A stretch of DNA of 64,000 nt from Bacteriovoracia bacterium (GTDB lineage Bacteria; Bdellovibrionota; UBA1018; JBFWNL01): NCBI GenBank assembly GCA_050251055.1, contig JBFWNL010000001.1:491825-555824 (forward strand). Direction: 5' to 3'. Below the pieces are notes generated by a model. That model was not told the origin of the DNA and searched no databases. It was given only the letters and a program-made list of their open reading frames with translations. Below are positions 61,384 through 64,000 of the stretch, in pieces (the first letter of the stretch is position 1; every line of letters starts with the position of its first letter). Both the position numbers and the translations under genes were made by a program.

Positions 61384-62268
61384 TTGAAGTTCGGGCAATT
61401 CTACGCGCTGACCGCTATCCTGCCGATCTTGGCGGGTTGCGCTCAGCAATCCATTTCCTCGTCATCTTCGCCGGGCACGTCCACGACGGTGGGCAATCCC
61501 ATCACGCAATCCGCCGCACTCGCAATCGAAACCACCCTTTCCGGAGACCGCTGGAATCACCTCGCCGCTTGCGTGACGGGAGTGGAACTCATCCGCGGTT
61601 ACGGCGAATTAGGCACGAACCCCGGCACTTTCGATGGCCACGCTCACAACGGCACCGCCCCCTTGACGGAGCTCGACGCGCAATGGATCAGCACGGAGAA
61701 AGACCTCATCCTCTCTCCGGAAGTACAGATTCCCGCGGGTAACTACGAAGGCATTATTTTGCAAACCCAGCCCAATTGTGGCGCACCCGCGCAAGCGAGC
61801 GGCTATGCCTACAATGCACGCGCGGAGATTTACTCCACGAGCGCGAATCCAAACCGGCTCTGGTTTTTCGGGGCGTTTCACGTGGCCAGCAGCGGGATTG
61901 AATCGCCGTCCGTCGGCGGCGAGGCGCGGCCTCCCGCGATTCACCCCAATATTGCTGGTTTCGCGCAATTCCTGGGGCCCGACTTAGGCGAATCGGAGAT
62001 TTCCGCCGAGCCGCCAGCGGAGCGCGGCGACCGGGTCGCCAAAACGACCTACAAGCTCATCCTGAATCTGGATCGATTCCGCGCACGCTTGCCCGCGGAT
62101 AACGAAAATCCATCCGCCGTGGATGCCGCGCTCAACGGCACTTCGGGGGTCATGAGGGTGGAGTCGGTGACCCTGGAGCGAATCACCCCATCGGTCAGCG
62201 GCGAGCCTCCTACCGGCATCCGACCGGAGCTGCACTCGCTCGGACCGGCGCGCCCACGGCCGCGCTAG
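61384..62268 (+). CDS. Hypothetical lipoprotein with a GTSTTVGNP motif
   Basis: TTG start after AGGGGG; lipobox LAGC; IPAGNYEGI segment reminiscent of DUF4382. Confidence 0.65.
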   Translation: MKFGQFYALTAILPILAGCAQQSISSSSSPGTSTTVGNPITQSAALAIETTLSGDRWNHLAACVTGVELIRGYGELGTNPGTFDGHAHNGTAPLTELDAQWISTEKDLILSPEVQIPAGNYEGIILQTQPNCGAPAQASGYAYNARAEIYSTSANPNRLWFFGAFHVASSGIESPSVGGEARPPAIHPNIAGFAQFLGPDLGESEISAEPPAERGDRVAKTTYKLILNLDRFRARLPADNENPSAVDAALNGTSGVMRVESVTLERITPSVSGEPPTGIRPELHSLGPARPRPR

Positions 62269-62327
62269 TTAAATCCGCTACTCGATCGCGTAAATCAAAT
62301 TTGAAAATAGCCGGATTGCTTGCGCGG

Positions 62328-62996
62328 CTAAACGCGCATTTCCGGCACGGCCGCGGCGCCACCCGCCGGCAGAGCCAGCTTCGCTTCCGTCGCGCGCGTG
62401 ATCTCGTCCACCGAGACGCCGGGAGCCCGCTCCAGGAGCTTCAAGCCATCCGGGGTGACTTCCATCACCGCGAGCTCGGTCACGATCTTCTTCACGACGC
62501 CCTTCCCGGTGAGTGGAAGTTTACACGCCTTCAATACCTTGCTCTGGCCGTCTTTCGACACGTGCTGCATGGCCACGATCACGTTTTTGGCGCCGGCGAC
62601 CAGGTCCATCGCCCCGCCCATTCCTTTCAAGAGCTTGCCCGGAATCATCCAGTTGGCGAGATCGCCTTTCTCATCCACTTCCATCGCCCCCAACACCGTG
62701 AGATCGATATGGCCGCCGCGGATCATGGCGAAGGAGTCGGCGCTCGAGAAGAACGAGGCGCCCGGAATGGCGGTCACGGTTTCCTTGCCCGCGTTAATCA
62801 GGTCGGCGTCGATCGTCGCCTCCGTCGGATAAGGCCCAATGCCCAGCAAACCGTTCTCGCTTTGCAGAATCACCGTCATGTCCTTGGGAATGTAGTTCGC
62901 GACCAACGTCGGTATGCCGATACCCAGGTTGACGTAGTATCCATCCTCTAGCTCCTGGGCAATTCTTTGGGCGATCTGTTCACGGGTGAGTGCCAT
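62328..62996 (-). CDS. scoB: 3-oxoacid CoA-transferase subunit B
   Basis: NLGIGIP, QSENG (catalytic Glu), GMGGAMDL. Confidence 0.93.
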   Translation of the reverse strand: MALTREQIAQRIAQELEDGYYVNLGIGIPTLVANYIPKDMTVILQSENGLLGIGPYPTEATIDADLINAGKETVTAIPGASFFSSADSFAMIRGGHIDLTVLGAMEVDEKGDLANWMIPGKLLKGMGGAMDLVAGAKNVIVAMQHVSKDGQSKVLKACKLPLTGKGVVKKIVTELAVMEVTPDGLKLLERAPGVSVDEITRATEAKLALPAGGAAAVPEMRV

Positions 62997-63014
62997 GATT
63001 TCGTCTTCCCTCTC

Positions 63015-63716
63015 TTAGGCCTTACTTAAAGTACGTTTTTCAATTTTCTTGTCGTACGCAGGACCTTGGAAAATCCGCTTCACGTAAACCCCCGGCGTGT
63101 GCACCTGATCGGGTTCAAGCGAACCCACCGGCACGATCTCCTCCACTTCGGCGATCGTGATCTTGCCTGCCGTGGCGGCCATGGGGTTGAAGTTACGCGC
63201 GGTCTTGCGAAAAACCAGATTTCCCATGGCGTCCCCGCGCCACGCCTTCACCAGCGCGAAGTCTGGGCGGAGCGAGCGCTCCAGCACGTATATGCGACCG
63301 TCGAAAGCCTTCGTTTCCTTACCTTCGGCGACGAGCGTGCCGTACCCCGTGGGCGTGTAGAACGCCGGTATCCCCGCGCCGCCGGCGCGCAAGCGTTCCG
63401 CTAGCGTACCCTGGGGCGTGAGTTCCACTTCCAAGATGCCCGCTAAAACCTGGGCCTCGAAAGTTTTGTTTTCGCCCACGTAGCTCGAAATCATCTTCTT
63501 GATCTGACGGCTGTGGAGCATCCAACCCAGGCCGAAATCGTCGGTTCCGGCGTTGTTGGAGATACAGGTAAGGTCCTTCACGCCCTTCTTCACGAGCGCG
63601 CGGATGCAGTGTTCGGGCACGCCGCACATGCCGAAACCACCCACGGCAAGCATGGCCCCGTCGAACACGTCCTTCACCGCTTCATCCGCGTCTTTAACGA
63701 CTTTGTTCAAGCCCAT
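63015..63716 (-). CDS. scoA: 3-oxoacid CoA-transferase subunit A
   Basis: GGFG, PQGTLAERLRAGGAG, TARNFN. Confidence 0.93.
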   Translation of the reverse strand: MGLNKVVKDADEAVKDVFDGAMLAVGGFGMCGVPEHCIRALVKKGVKDLTCISNNAGTDDFGLGWMLHSRQIKKMISSYVGENKTFEAQVLAGILEVELTPQGTLAERLRAGGAGIPAFYTPTGYGTLVAEGKETKAFDGRIYVLERSLRPDFALVKAWRGDAMGNLVFRKTARNFNPMAATAGKITIAEVEEIVPVGSLEPDQVHTPGVYVKRIFQGPAYDKKIEKRTLSKA

Positions 63717-63731
63717 GGGCCGTCTCCTTCT

Positions 63732-64000
<269 letters not shown>

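Overview
GC-rich (roughly 60-63% by eye) bacterial chromosomal window, most likely from a Bdellovibrionota (Bdellovibrionales/Oligoflexia-like) organism. That inference rests on a TIGR02147-type protein, a TolQ-TolR-TolR (AglRQS-like) triad, a Bdellovibrio-type GFTLIE pilin-like protein and many Cys-rich secreted hypotheticals. Housekeeping blocks include pepN, ettA, addB, purFCDNLQHM, dapF, 2-oxoacid dehydrogenase E1 alpha/beta, polA, gmhA, trxA, argS, ade, sdhCAB, scoAB and a partial thiolase. They are interleaved with lineage-specific secreted and lipoprotein genes. I saw no tRNA, rRNA, CRISPR array, transposase or integrase. The strongest candidate for an undescribed system is 57.2-62.3 kb: four secreted miniproteins with an exact C-x10-C cysteine spacing, co-oriented with a pilin-like gene, punctuated by two related GC hairpin/U-tract elements, and divergent from a TIGR02147 putative regulator flanked by an inverted TATGACGCA motif. 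Other candidates are an output-less Cache-HAMP sensor coupled to an NTT-like transporter and a nitrosocyanin-like cupredoxin with a probable His3Cys site. All family calls come from motif recognition by eye; no searches were run.
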